DNA of 64,000 bases. Source: the human T2T-CHM13v2.0 reference genome, Homo sapiens. The stretch lies in NCBI RefSeq assembly GCF_009914755.1, contig NC_060939.1, one strand, 5' to 3'. Shown piece after piece: positions 1-22,805 of the stretch. Below the pieces are notes generated by a model. That model ran no database searches. It was not told the DNA's origin and saw only the letters and a list, made by a program, of their open reading frames with translations. The position numbers and the translations under genes are program-made. Position 1 is the stretch's first letter. Each line of letters starts with the position of its first letter.

Positions 1-297
<297 letters not shown>

Positions 298-386
298 TCA
301 AGAGGAAAGGTAAATATTCCTGATAGTACATTCCCATTAAAAAAAAAATGTACCCGTTACAAGTGACTTGGAACCAAAATCCATAG

Positions 387-488
387 ATTCTTTCATGGTT
401 CTTTATCGGTATGGTGATAGGGTTTTCATATTCATGTGTGAGATGTGCCTCCCTCAGTCCTTGTTATGACATCATTACGTGTCTGACA
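387..488 (+). pseudogene. U13 (SNORD13) snoRNA retrocopy with A-rich tail
   Basis: gggttttcatattcatgtgtgagatgtgcctccctcagtccttgttatgac...gtctgac resembles U13; purine/A tail about 493-566; imperfect TSD (aaccaaaatccatag / aacccaatccgtaag). Confidence 0.8.
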
Positions 489-579
489 TGACAAAAAGGA
501 AAAGAGAAAAAGGTGGAGAAAGGTAAAAAATAGGAAAAGAAAAACTGAAGGAAAAAGGAAAAAAACCCAATCCGTAAGC

Positions 580-2005
<1,426 letters not shown>

Positions 2006-2037
2006 ATATTGTCAGAGCATTACAGAAAAAATACACC

Positions 2038-2040
<3 letters not shown>

Positions 2041-2080
<40 letters not shown>
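2041..2080. repeat. (AC)n microsatellite
   Basis: Read directly. Confidence 0.97.
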
Positions 2081-2083
<3 letters not shown>

Positions 2084-2899
2084 CAACACATTCCCTATGA
2101 CTATCTTAAAATTGATTAACCTCAAACATTTAATTTTGGATGACTGAGTCAAAAAGAGAATTGAAATTGCCATCACATATCTGGTCAAGCTGAAAGATGG
2201 CATTTGGTATTGGAAATTGATGGCTGCTGGTCATTTAACACCCATGCCTCAGTTACATATCTGGCTCATGAGATAAGAATGCTAAACAGTATAAACAAGA
2301 CACCTCAGTATGAAAACGTTCTGCCGTTACAAAGGTACTCTCTTTGTGTTACTCTGCATTCTCTCCCAGCCCTGTAGCAATTTATCCTTTGTCCATATAT
2401 TGAAGATAGATTTGTTTACATCTACTCTTAGCCTTCCTGAATATCCTTTGCTCCAGGAGAGCCTTAAGCCAAGGGTAGAAATGACAAGACAGACTCTATG
2501 TTTGCAGAACACCACATAGTCACAGCGATGCAAATGGAAAGGAAAATATGAGAACAAGGTCTTTCAAGCCAGATTTGGCCTATGTTTGTATTAAAGGTGT
2601 TATTCCCATGTAAGACCTTAAGACATAATATTAATAATAATTCAGCTATGAAAGGTTCATGTTGAGTTCTACTTGCATGGGCAAGCTATTAGGTAGAAGT
2701 TAAAGATGCACAGAACACATTAGTTCTTTCTAGGTATATCCTTAGCAGAGCAAAATTGCAACCCAAGTTAGAACAGGAAAAACTTGATGAAGCATGAAAT
2801 TACCAGCTGGTCTGATGGGAGATATGATGTGGCCCTGAGGTACAGTAGGTGGTGCCTGAAGCATGGTGACAGTAGTGGAAACACCTTAGGGTGACCCAC

Positions 2900-3945
<1,046 letters not shown>

Positions 3946-4220
3946 ACTGGATGTGGTGGCTCACACCTGTAATCCCAGCATCTTGGGAAACCAAGGTGGG
4001 GGGAATCACTTGAGGCCAGGAGTTTGAGACTAGCCTGAGCAACGTAGCAAGACCCTGTCTCTACAAAATTAAAAAATTAGCCGAGTGTGGTGGTGTGTGC
4101 TTGTAGTCCTAGCTATTCTGGAGGTTGAATGGGAAGATTTCTTTAGCCCAGGAGTTCGTGGTTACAGTGAGCTATGATCACACCACTGCACTCCAGAATG
4201 GATGACAACGTGAGACCTTG

Positions 4221-4572
4221 TGATATGGTTTGGCTGTGTCTCCACCCAAATCTCACCTTGAATTATAATCCCATGTGTCAAGGGTGGGGCCAGGTGGAGA
4301 TAATTGAAACATGGGGGGTGGTTTCCCCTATACTGTTCTCTTGGTCATGAATAAGTCTCATTAGATCTGATGCTTTTATAAATGGGAGTTCCCCTGCACA
4401 AGCGCTCTTGCCTGCCACCATGTAACATGTGCCTTTGCTTCTCCTTTGCTTTCCTCCATGATGGTGAGGGCTTCCTAGCCATGTGGAACTGTGAGTCCAT
4501 GAAACCTCTTTCTTTATAAATTACCCAGTCTCAGATATGTCTTTATTAGCAGGCTGAGAATCAACTAATACA
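4221..4572 (+). mobile_element. THE1 (THE1C/D-like) solo LTR inserted in the 3' end of an Alu
   Basis: TGATATGGTTTGGCTGTGTC...ACTAATACA; 5-bp imperfect TSD ccttg/ccctg. Confidence 0.9.
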
Positions 4573-5010
4573 CCCTGTATTAATGTATTAATACATGAAT
4601 AAAAAAAGTTGCTAAATATGTAGAACTACACTCTGTGTCTTCCCTTTAGTGTTAGGAAGATCAAATAGGCACTACAAGAGCATTTTCTTGGTAAATGGTA
4701 TCTAAATTCCCTCTTATCAATGGCAATTACTCATTTGGACTGCTAACACCATAGGGGCAAAAATCCTGACATGTATGAATCTTGTGGGAGAAGCACTTGG
4801 AAAAAAAACAAAAACAAAAACAAAAAACAGAGACAAACATTTCTGAGCAAAAATGCAAGCTTTTTAAAAAAAATAGTTTGTTTTGATCAGTTCACATCAT
4901 GTAGGTCATTTCATCCGGCCTCATTGGCATATAAGTAGTATATATTGAGCTAGGCGTGGTGGCTTACGCCTGTAATCGCAGCACTTTGGGAGGCCGAGGC
5001 AGGCGGATCA

Positions 5011-5304
<294 letters not shown>

Positions 5305-5384
5305 TCAGGTGAAAAATGTGTTATTACAAACTCAACTATCAATTTAATCTGTCTTTAATGTATGAGTCAAAATTAAGTGTTTTC

Positions 5385-5833
5385 TGTTGGGGTGATCAGA
5401 CCCAACACCAGGCCGTGGGGGCGATGAAGTCCCATGGAGTCAAAGGAATGAGAAAAGACAAGTTAAGAGAGAAACTGGGACCAGGGGCCAATGCTAGTAT
5501 GGAGGCTGCGAAGGCCCCAAGCTCTGGGACCCCATGCTATTTATTGGTGATCAAACAAAGAAACAGGTGGCGAGGCTGTGGGGGTTGAAAGGAAGTGGTG
5601 TATCAAGCAAATGAGCTACAGCTGTGATGGTTTAGCATTTTCTTTGAAACATATGGCTACTTGAGATAATGGGAGTGCTAGAAGCAAGGAGCCAGCAAGT
5701 CTAGACACATTCCAAAGGCCACAAGGGGTTTTAGACCCTGGACCCCAGACACGTTCCAAGACTCTTTTACATTATGTCAGACATGCAGGCCCTGCCTCAA
5801 ATTCTCTCCCAACACTCAGCTTTTCTCCCAACA
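5385..5833 (-). mobile_element. ERVK-class solo LTR (LTR22/HML-5-like)
   Basis: TGTTGG...CCAACA termini; minus strand starts TGTTGGGAGAAAAGCTGAGTGTTGGGAGAG; TSD ttttc/ctttc. Confidence 0.65.
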
Positions 5834-5999
5834 CTTTCTATTACAAACATCAACGGAAAAATCAATGATCTGTTTAAAATATTGTAAATACCATCACTAT
5901 GTTTGAAGATATGTTTTAATTTTTTATTATTCCTTTAATTAAAAGAACTGTATGCCAATTAATAAGCTGTTGCCTTTTAGATCAAAATTAATCATTCAT

Positions 6000-8130
<2,131 letters not shown>

Positions 8131-8184
8131 GACCATGAAAAGAACACTTGTTTGTATGACTGAGACAAAAAAGAATGTCATCGT

Positions 8185-8347
8185 GTTCTACCTTACCTGG
8201 GAATATGCTCAATTGGTGACAAAATTGTTGCCACTCTGTGCATGACCACAAAAGTACCGCAGGTATTGATTTTGAAGTTACACATAAACTTTAGTGAGTG
8301 GGCATATTTGCAAATATGTAACCTGAGAATAATGAAGATTAACTATC
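8185..8347. mobile_element. Tigger4-like DNA-transposon end fragment
   Basis: gtattgattttgaagttaca...atttgcaaatat...aataatgaagattaact. Confidence 0.55.
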
Positions 8348-9122
8348 TTTAAACAACATAAGGAGTCAACATCAGTTTCTGAAGTAAAATAATGACTAAG
8401 TTAAATTTTCAAGGGCAAATTCAGATTCCAAGTGCACAGAACATAGGAAGAAAAGGACATGCAAATCAGAAAAATTCACAAGTGTAATGAGGCGAGAAGG
8501 GACATGGCGCACCAATTACAAAGGAATCAGAATGATCTGTTCATAGAGTTGTAAATGGGGTTGTGGAGGAAGAAATGAGGATGAACAGATAGGCAAGACA
8601 AGTTCTTTTCCTTCTATGTAAATAAGAGAAACTGAGAAATTGTAACGTAAGACAAGATCTAATATTATTTTTGGACTTCAGAATGGTATTGCATAAATGC
8701 TTAATTGTTCCTGATTTCGGGAGGGGAAAATGGAAATAGCATTTCCGTTGCATTTTTGTGAACAAAATTTGAGTGATCATGTTCTTTGTTGCATGTAGTA
8801 GATGGAGAGGTGAATGAAAGATTCAGCTTTCTTCCTGTACTTGAGGCATCTGTGAATTGGGAATTCAGACAAACAGATAAGCAACTAATTCTGGATATAA
8901 AATTTGTGATTTAGGCTATGCATTCTACTGGGGAATTTCAGATGTATAGGAATGTAGTTGAAATTTAAGTGGTCAGGGAATGCTATCTAGAGGAAGAAAA
9001 TTATGACTAGAGACAAGAATAAATAGTAGTAACTTAAAAAAATATATATCAGGGAAGAAAAAATGGATTTTTGTTCCAGGAAAGAAACTAAGTATGAACA
9101 GATGATGAACTATTTCAGGAAC

Positions 9123-9782
9123 TGTGTCTGCAATTCGTTCCTTCCAGTGGGTTCTTGGTCTTGCTGACTTCAAGAATGAAGCCGTGCACCCTGGCAGTGA
9201 GTGTTACAGTTCTTAAAGATGGTGTGTCCAGAGTTTGTTCCTTCAGATGCTCAGATGTGTCCAGAGTTTCTTCCTTCTGGTGGGTTCGTGGTCTTGCTGA
9301 CTTCAGGAGTGAAGCCACAGACCTTCGCAGTCAGTGTTACAGCTCTCAGTCCGGAGTTGTTCCTTCCTCCAGGTGGGTTCATGGTCTCGCCGGCTTCAGG
9401 AGTGAAGCTGCAGACCTTTGCGGTGTTACAAGCGTTACAAGCTCGTAAAGGTAGTGTGGACCCAAAGAGTGAGCAGCAGCAAGATTTATTGCAAAGAGCA
9501 AAAGAACAATGCTTCCACAGCGTGGAAAGGGACCCCAGTGGGTTGCCACTGCTGGCTCCGGTGGCCAGCTTTTATTCCCTTATTTGGCCCTGCCCATGTC
9601 CTGCTGATTGGTTCATTTTACAGAGTGCTGACTGGTCCATTTTTACAGAGTGCTGATTGGTGCGTTTACAAACCTTTAGCTAGACACAGAGCACTGATTG
9701 TTGTGTTTACAATCCTTTAGCTAGACAGAAAAGTTTTCCAAGTCCCCACCCAACCCAGAAGCCCAGCTGGCTTCACCTCTCA
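9123..9782 (-). mobile_element. LTR12 (ERV9) solo LTR
   Basis: gggttcttggtcttgctgacttcaagaatgaagccg, repeated ctgattgg (CCAAT) units, end gcttcacctctca; TSD GAAC. Confidence 0.92.
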
Positions 9783-10998
9783 GAACCACAGATACAAATT
9801 ATTTTATTTACCTGAATCAATCTGAAAGCATATGCTGGGGCTGGATGTTGAGGATACTTAATGGCACATTAATTCTTTGATTTTGTATATGTTTAGATAC
9901 ATTCATTAGCTACAGTTTGCAGCTTCCTAACAGGGATTCCACAGATATGACTGTAAATTGAGAATTTTGGTTTCCCAGTGTCTGAAAAGTGGTTAACCCA
10001 AAGTTTTGGCTTTAGAGAAAGAGTCTATACAGGCAAAAGCGTAGAGGGTTTGGCAGAGAAAAAACAAAAACAAAAACAAAACATCCTAAGGGCCAAAGGA
10101 AATGGTTGCAAGGAAAACGGTCAAAAACTTGCATCATTCTCTTCATCCACTCACACCACTCTATGCAGGATCCCAAATCAGTCCTTGAATGTTTCGGCAC
10201 AGGTTCCATTCATGCTTTCCAATGGAAACTTCATTTGGTTTATAGGATTCAGGATTGTGGAACCATCCGGTATCAAGAAAATAAAAGGCCATGAAAAAGT
10301 TTACAGAATGTTGGTATAAGTAGCTGCTAGGGATATTACTGAGTTTTAATGGGAGAGATAGTCCCAGAAAGCTGGAAGAAGAAAGATCAGGGCCAAGCGC
10401 GGTGGCTCACACTTGTAATCCCATCACTTTGGAGGCAGAGAGGGGCGGATCACTTGAGTCCAGGAGTTCGAGACCAGCTTGGGCAATGTGGATAAACCCC
10501 ATCTCTACAAAAACATACAAAAAATTGCTGTGTGTGGTGGTGCACGCCTGTGGTCCCAGGTATTTGGGAGACTGAGGTGGGAAGATCACCTGAGCCCAGG
10601 AGGTGGCAGTTGCAGTGAGCAGAGCTGAGGTCTGGCCACTGCATTCCAGCCTGGGCTACAAAGCAAAGTCCTGTCTCAAAAAAAAAAAAAAGATCAGAGC
10701 AAGAAAAAGGAAAAAGATGGGTAAAAACATAGAAACGACTAAGTTCATTTCAGCAGGAATATATTTTTAAATATATTTCAAAACTGAAACAATGCTATGT
10801 TTTGCTGCAGTGTGTGAGGGAACACAATTCAGGCTAATGCACAGTAAAAATGCAGGGAAGCCTGGCCCCGTAACCACTTTTAATACCACATACTACAGTT
10901 AACAGTTGGTGAGAACCCTATTAGGCTGATTTCAATTACAAACATGGATGTACAGGAGTATGTTTTAATGGCACACATGCATAGTTCATATTTTATTA

Positions 10999-11596
<598 letters not shown>

Positions 11597-12033
11597 TTAG
11601 CTGGGCGTGGTGGCATGTGCCTGTAATCCTAGCTACTTGGGAGGCTGAGGCAGGAGAATCGCTTGAACCCAGAATTCAGAGGTTGCAGTAAACTGAGATC
11701 CTGCCACTGCACTCCAGGCTGGGTGAGAGAGCAAGACTCCGTCTCAAAAAAAAAAAAAAAATTAAAAATTAAATCCACCAAATTAGCTCAAGAACACTTC
11801 CTTGACTGGCTCAGAAATCCCATCCGATTTTAAGATAGATGTTAAAAAATAACAGGGAGGACCGGGTGCGGTGGCTCAGACCTGTAAACCCAGCACTTTG
11901 GGAGGCCGAGGTGGGGGGATTATGAGGTCAGCAGTTCGAGACCAGCCTGGCCAATATGGTAAAACCCTGTCTCTACTAAATATACAAAAATTAACTGGGC
12001 ATGGTGGCGTGCGCCTGTAGTCTTAGCAGCTCA

Positions 12034-12171
<138 letters not shown>

Positions 12172-14008
12172 TTAATAATGTTAGTCAATTTTTTTTGTTG
12201 TCGATGAGTTGCGTTTTGTTCATTAAGAATCAGCTGTAACATTTGTTGGGACTTGGTAGAAGATAACTGCTAGGTGGTTGTAGCTGCCAGGCTTTTAATG
12301 AGAGGAGCTTAGTTTAGCGAAAATAAAAGAAAAACAAAGATTAATATTTGGAATAAACTGTAAACTCAGCTTCTGAGTCCAGAGATCAGCCAGTCAAGAT
12401 TGTTTAGACTTGAGCTTATCTTTAGATGGTGAAGTTAGGAAGGTAGTGACAGTCTAATGAGTTTTCCTAGTTTACAGTTTGTATGTCTTTGGTGATTACA
12501 TCCAGTGTTCTGGTGAACTTCCTGAGGGGCCCACCCAGCAACAGACACAAAGGTGATTTATTTGAAACTGTAGGAACGAAAAAGTAATATATTTTCATCA
12601 CCCATTACAAGGTTAACGAGTGAGACTCCTATAACAAAGGACATATTAATAAGAAAAAATAATATCAAATGTAGTTACTAAAAGTATTATGTGACATGGG
12701 AGCTTTTAGAAATGAAGATCAAAAGAACCAGGGAGAATCCTGGGTTTTTTTGTTTTTGTTTTTGTTTTTAATTGAGACAAGGTCTGGCTTTGTCACCCTG
12801 GCTGGAGTTCAGTGACACGATCCCAGGTCACTTCAACCTCCACCTCCATGGGCTCAAGCCATATTCCACCTCAGCCTCCCGAGTAGCTGGGACTACAGGT
12901 GGGTGCCACTGCACCTGGCTAATTTTTGTTTTGTTTTGTTTTTGTAGAGATGGGGTTTTGCCTTGTTGCCCAGGCTGGTCTTGAGCTCCCAAGCTCAACT
13001 GATTCACCCACCTTGACCTCCCAAAGTGCTGGGATTACAGACATGAGCCACCGTACATGGCTGGAAAAATCTATTTTTACAGAGAGCTATGCAAATGTGT
13101 GATTGGAAAACAAATGGGTATGACCTAGTGGCAATAATCTGAGGAGAAATTAGCCAGATCTGTTCAGATTCTTCTTGGTCTCTGCGTATAGAAAAGGACT
13201 GCTCCTGAGTGAGGAATTTATGACCTACTTTCCGGGGAGGTAGGTCAGAGAATTCTTTTGTGACCCACTTCAGGGGGAAGAGGTCAAAGACTGTGCTTCC
13301 TGCATCTATTATCTCAATTTCCGAGGTGCCATATTTGGGGGCATTATTTACAGAGACTCAAGGGGGTGTAAGTGCCTATTATCAGAGGTCATTCTTACGG
13401 AGGCTATTAACGAAATTTTAGGTGAATGGCTGAGCAGACATCTAGAAGTTGTCATCCAGTCTATTTCTAATTAGGTTTTTTCTTTTCTGACGCAGGTAGT
13501 TGATTTTGCAGGATCTGCTGTCCCTTAGGAGAAGAGGGCCCTAAAGTTCAAGTGATTGTGGGACTGGAGGAGATAAAAGGCTGGCAGGGGAGGGCAGAGG
13601 GAGGGAGGATGAAGCAGGTAGGGGCTTGAAGGGGGAAATATCAAAGGAGGCAAGAGAACTGAAGGGTAAAATAATGCCAAAAAAGAGGTGGACAGAGTTG
13701 GCAAAGCATATCGTAAGCAGGGATTTGAGAAGAGGGGATTCAGATGACAGAGAACATCCCAAGGGAGAAGCAGAATCCAATATAGAGAATGGATTGGTCT
13801 TAAATAGAGCTGGGAGTAAAAGATTCGCAGCCCAGGAAGTCAGGGAATAATACCTACGGAGGAAGGACTTCCAGGCCAAGTATCCAGGGAATAATCCCCA
13901 CTGCTATGGTTCTAATGATGGTGCCCTCTCAAAAATTCGTGTTGAGGCCGGGCATGGTGGCTTATGCCTGTAATCCCAGCACTTTGGGAGGCCGAGGCAG
14001 GCGGATCA

Positions 14009-14400
<392 letters not shown>

Positions 14401-14465
14401 TAGGCCAGGCGCGGTGGCTCACACTTGTAATCCCAGCACTTTGGGAGGCCAAGGTAGGCAGATCA

Positions 14466-14738
<273 letters not shown>

Positions 14739-15215
14739 TTACTAGACACAAATTATGCCAGTGACTTGATGGCGTAATTGGACTTCCTGACTCCAGAACT
14801 GTGAGAAACAAATTTCTGTTCTTTATAGATTTCCTAGGCTCAGTTATTATGCTTAGCGGCACAACTGACTAAGATAGAAATTGGTACTGAGAAGTGGCAG
14901 TGTTGCAATAACAAATACCTAAAAATGTAGAGGCTGCTTTGGAACTGAGTAATGGGTAGAGGCTGGAAGAGTTTGGAAGTGCATGCTAGAAGAAGGCTAG
15001 TTTGCCATGCATTAAGGCGATTCTGACGAGGCTTCAGAAGATGAAAAGCCATAGAGAAAGCCTCCGTCTTTGAGATTATCTAGGTGGTTGTGAACAGAAT
15101 GTTAGAAAGAATATGGACAGTAAAGGACATTCTGATGAAGTCTTAGATGGAAATGAGGGATATCTTATTGGAAACTGGAGGAAAAGCCATCCTTGTTACA
15201 AAGTGGCAGAGGATT

Positions 15216-16768
<1,553 letters not shown>

Positions 16769-16943
16769 AACTTGGTGGAAGTATTTCTGTGTCTTAATAG
16801 TTTTTTGGAGGGTAGAATGTAAGAGCGATGAACTAGGACATTTGGCAGAAGAAATCTCTAAGCCAAGTTTTCAGGGTACTGCATAGCTTCTCTTAACTGC
16901 TTATAGTAAACTGTGAGAAGAGAAAAGATAGGACTTCTAATCA

Positions 16944-17108
<165 letters not shown>

Positions 17109-17112
17109 CTAA

Positions 17113-17241
<129 letters not shown>

Positions 17242-17429
17242 TGAGCAGCTGGGATTACAGGCGCCCGCCACCACACCCGGCTAATTTTTGTATTTTTAGT
17301 AGAGATGGGGTTTCATCATATTGGCCAGGCTGGTCTCGAACTCCTGACTCCGTGTTCCACCCACCTCAGCCTCCCAAAGTGCTGGAACTACAGGCGTGAG
17401 GCACCTCACCTGGCCAAAGACTATTATTA

Positions 17430-17781
17430 TCATTATTTTATCCAAAATGTGTTTATTGAGATGGTTTCCCACTCATCTTGATTCAGGGTGCTTTTAGTGC
17501 TGCTTTCTCCTGAAGGACCATCCTTCCATAAGCCTTGCTTTTCCTCCTGTAGGCTGGCAGAGGAAAGTGCAGCAGCCAACACCCAAAACCACTGTTGGCA
17601 CATGGCTAAAGACCGTGGTGATTTTATAGCATCCTGGGCATTTCACATCCATGAAGTAGGAATTGGGGCTCTGCACCAGGTGTTTCTTCTTGTGTTTCCT
17701 CTTCTCCTCTTCTGGAGAGGGATGAAGGAGATCCTTTGCAAGAAGCATGTTCTTGTGGGTAGGTCGTCAGTGCTGGAAAGG
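17430..17781 (-). pseudogene. RPS27: Processed retrocopy of RPS27 with an uninterrupted 84-aa ORF (17748-17494)
   Basis: Translation [40 protein letters not shown]...FRRKQH; 5' TOP-like CCTTTCC; AATAAA in the 3' UTR; no introns. Confidence 0.95.
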
Positions 17782-19943
17782 GCCAAAGAAAATTATTTTT
17801 AAAGGGAAGTTGAACATAAAGATTTGGAAAATTAACAGCCTGGCCTTGTAAAGAATTTTTTAAATAAGTTCAGGAGACAAAACCAACTGTGTGGCCAACT
17901 GACCGTTTCATAAGGAGATTAGTATGACTAGAATGCCAGATGCTATTCATTAAGACAATGGGAGAATGACCCTGAAGACATTTCAGAGAGCACTGAGAAT
18001 GCCACAACCATCACAGGCCCAAAGTGCCAGGTCCTTGAGGGAATAACAATTTTAAGGAAGGAGCCCAGGATTCCAGTGCAACCCAAGATGCCTGTGGGAA
18101 CTTGGGGCTCACTGACTATGCTGCCTCATGTATCTGCTCCCTGAAGTCAAGCAAAGCTTCCCCATCTGTGGTTCAGGTGGGCCCAGGTACAGCTCAGATC
18201 ACTCCTCCAGAAAACACAAGTAGTAAAACATGGGGCAGCATGCATGTGGTGCTAACTGCAGGCATGCTAAATCCACAGCTGTGAAGGCATGGCTTTCTCC
18301 ACCTAATTTCCAAGGAAGCCTTGAAGAATGCCTCAGGGCCCAATCAGAGAACTGCTGTAGGGGCAGGGCTGCCATAGAAAGTTCCCACTAGGGCAATGTC
18401 CAGCAGAACTATTGGGTTGGGGCCACCACAGAGTGCCCTCACTAGGGCAATACTCAGTGGAGCCATAGGGACAGGGCCACCCCTGAGTTCCTAGACCCAG
18501 ACCTGTAGATCCGGTAGTGCGTATTCCAACCTGTAATAGACATAGACACCTGACTACAACCTGTAGAACTGTGGCATGGGCTGACTCCAGCAGTCATGGC
18601 AGCAGGGTCCCCTGGGGGCTTGGGAACCTAAGCACTACCCCAGTGTCTCTGTAAGGTGAGAGGTAGAATCAAAAAAGCTGACTCTCACACCTCAAGATTG
18701 AATTTTGTTGGCCTTGTTGGGTTTTGAAGTTATGTGGGACATGTTACCCCTATCTTCTTGCCTATTTCCTCCACCAACCTTTTGTTTTTGCCATGGGGTC
18801 GAGCTATGTCACCCAGGCTGGTCTCAAATTCCTGGGCTCAAGAGATCCTCCTGTCTCAGCCTCCTGAATAGCTAAGACTGCAGGCACCATGCCTGGCTTA
18901 TTTCTGACTTTTATAAAGGGAATGTTTATCCTGTGCCTGTCCAACCATTGTATTTTGGAAACACATAATCTGTTTGACTTCACAGGTTCACAGCTGGAGA
19001 GCCATTGTCTCGGGATTAATTGTACCTTGAGCATCACCTATATCTGATTTAGATGATATTTACATGCGACTTTCGACTTACACTTGAAAGTTGATGCTGG
19101 AATGAGTTAAGACATTTTGGAGTTACTAAGATGGAATGGACATATTCTTGTGGGTGAGAACGACATGAATTCTCATGTCATGGCAAGGGTGGAGTGCTAT
19201 GGTTTGAATAATGGTGTCCCTTCTAAAATTAGTGTGGAAATTTAATGCCCAATGCAACAGTATTAAGAGGTTTGGCAATTGCGTGGTGACTAAGCCATGA
19301 GGGCTCTGCTCTAATGCATGAGATTAACATCTCCATAAAAGTGTATTAATTTAAAGGGAGTACTTTCTTGCCCTTCTGCCCCATTCACCATGTGAGGACA
19401 TAGTCATGGCTCCTCCACAGGATGCAGCAACAAGACATCATCTTGGAAACAGACAGCAGCCCCGTTTAGACCTCCTTCTGCTGCTTTGATCTTGGACCTC
19501 TCATCCTCCAGAAACACGACAAATAAATTTATGTTCTTTATAAGTTACTCATTATCAGGTATTTATTTATTTATTTTTTTGAGACAGAGTCTCGCTTTGT
19601 CGCCCAGGCTGGAGTACAGTGGTGTGATCTCAGCTCACTGCAACCTCCGCCTCCTGGGTTCAAGTGATTCTCCTGCCTCAGCCTCCTGAGTAGCTGGGAT
19701 TACAGGCATGCACTACCACACCTGGCTAACTTTGGTATTTTCAGTAGAGACAGGGTTTCACCATGTTTGCCAGTCTGATCTCGAACCCCTGACCTTAGGT
19801 GATCTGGCCCCATCTGCCTCCCAAAGTGCTGGGATTACAGACGTGAGCCACTGTGCGTGGCCAATATCAGGTATTTCTAATAGCAGTACAACGGACTAAG
19901 ATACTCAGGAAAACAGAGCCAGGAGGAAAAATATTCTATCTCA

Positions 19944-20336
<393 letters not shown>

Positions 20337-21364
20337 TTATTTTTTAGTCCAAACAGACCCCTTTAACAAAATAAAGATTAACAAGAGAAAAGCAAACAAG
20401 TTTATTAATGTGTGTATTTCATCTACACATGGAAAATACCCAGAGAATGAATAGTTATCAAAGAAGTGCTTTGAATTCCAGCATATATAGCATCTTCAGC
20501 AGAGAACCGTACATTTTTAGAGAAGTGAAAAGATAAAGAAAAAGGAGATTGTGTCCGTAGGGGTGACAACTTACGGAAAGGCAAATAAATTGCAGATAAA
20601 TTCAGTTAATAAGCATGTTGCTATAAATTCCTTTGGTATCATTTCCAGGCTGACCAGGGTCTAAAGTTTTCTTCAGTGGTTAGCCTTTGTTCTCCCTGGT
20701 AAAAGCGTGAGTGTGGAGAGTGGGGAGGGAGAGGGTACCTTTTGTCTTCGCAACTCTATATCTTGCTTTTCGGCCAGTAAAGGAAGAACAAAAAACTTCC
20801 CTGCATCTGCTTCTTCTTAATTGTCTTCAGCTCAACAATGCTTCCAGTTTTAGGGTGGCATATTCTGGCCTCCCACAAGAGCCAGGAAGAACAGATGTGC
20901 AGCCCAACGGTGAGGAAATAATTTTCACCCTACAAAGAGCCAGGAAAAAGACCTTCCATTCCAGGAAGTACCTTTCAAAAGATACCTGGGAGTCTAATCC
21001 AGCTTCAAACTATACTCTGAATTCTTAAGAATCAAGGCCAGGTGTGGTGGCTTATGCCTGTAATCCCAGCATTTTGGGAGGCTGAGGCAAGGGGATCGAT
21101 CACTTGAGCCCAGGGTTTGAGACCAGTCTGGGCAACATAGCGGGATAGTGAGATCCTCTCCACACACAAAAATTAAAAATAAAAATAAATAAAAAAAATT
21201 AAAACCTATCCTTACAAGCTTCAGTGGACACTTGTCCAGAGCAATCAATGGCTCCAGAGTCTAATTCACCAGTGGATCCCCAATCAACTTATTAGGAATA
21301 AAGACAAGGTTTCAAAGGTGCACCCTGAGGTCCTGGGTGAGAGGTCCAGGGGACCAAAAATGAA

Positions 21365-22164
21365 TAACTGAAAAAATTATATATTCAGTGATACTTATTA
21401 AAGCATGGTAAAGAAAACTTTATTCAGGACCATTGTGATAGATACAGGGACCAATGCAATGGGATTTTGCAATGGAATAGAGAGATTGCTCTGAACTCCA
21501 AATAGATCATGGGAAAAAGGGACGTTATAACCAAGAAGCAGGGTTGGGGTGTAGTGGGTGAAGGAATGGAAAATTACTAAAAGGAAACATCAGGGATAAG
21601 GGGGATTCTGGCTAAACTGACACCTAACAAGATTCTTGTTAAAGATGGGCCAGAGTGGTCATGTATCACTTGGAAGATGGTGGAAGATGAACCTGATCAG
21701 ATATCAAGGGTGATCAGATATCAAGGAGAAGAGGGTTCTTTTTTATATTTATTTATTTATTTATTTTTGAGACAGAGTCTGGCTCTGTCATCCAGGCTGG
21801 AGTGTAGTGGCGTGATCTCGGCTCACTGTAACCTCCGCCTCCTGGGTTCAAGTGATTCTCCTGCCTCAGCCTCCTGAGTAGCTGGGATTACAGGCGTGCA
21901 CCACCATACCCGGCTAATTTTTGTATTTTTAGTAGAGATAGGGTTTCACCATGTTGGTCAGGCTGGTCTCAAACTCCTGACATCGTGATCTGCCTGCTTC
22001 GGCCACCCAAGGTGCTGGGATTATGGGGGTGAGCCACCTTGCCCGGCCGAGAAGAGAGTTCTTGATAAACAGACTTCCTTGTTAAAACTAGATTTTATAA
22101 TGAGGTCCACAGATGGGTGGAGGAGAAGCCTGAGTAAATTTTGGTTAAGCAGAGAAACTTTGTC
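21365..22164 (-). mobile_element. MER31-like LTR split by an Alu; probable degraded internal sequence continues leftward
   Basis: Ends ...gcagagaaactttgtca; Alu TSD gagaagagggttctt/gagaagagagttctt; clear similarity to the 26130-26531 copy. Confidence 0.7.
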
Positions 22165-22495
22165 ATCCCTCCTGTATGCATTATGCTCCCTTTTCTCCAG
22201 TGGAGCTCTCTTCAACCTTGATGTTATTGTCCAATCAGTTTGTTTTCCCAGTGTTGATGTTCTGATTTCATCCTATAAAAATATAGCATAAACTTGTATT
22301 TGTTGCATTCTACAACATAAGCCTGACAATATAACAAACTGTTCCCAAAGTTATAAATTCCTCGTCTTTTTATTTGTAATTTGACTTTTAAAAATCTATG
22401 TAATTATAGAAGAATGTTGCTACTATAAAAATTTTAAGGGGTGGCAGGGAATAATTCCAAAATTATAAAACTCCTTGTGACAAATTTAGGAATGA

Positions 22496-22805
<310 letters not shown>

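Noticed and set aside
9115-9720. Overlapping ORFs of 97-151 aa
   Set aside because: Translations of LTR12 sequence.
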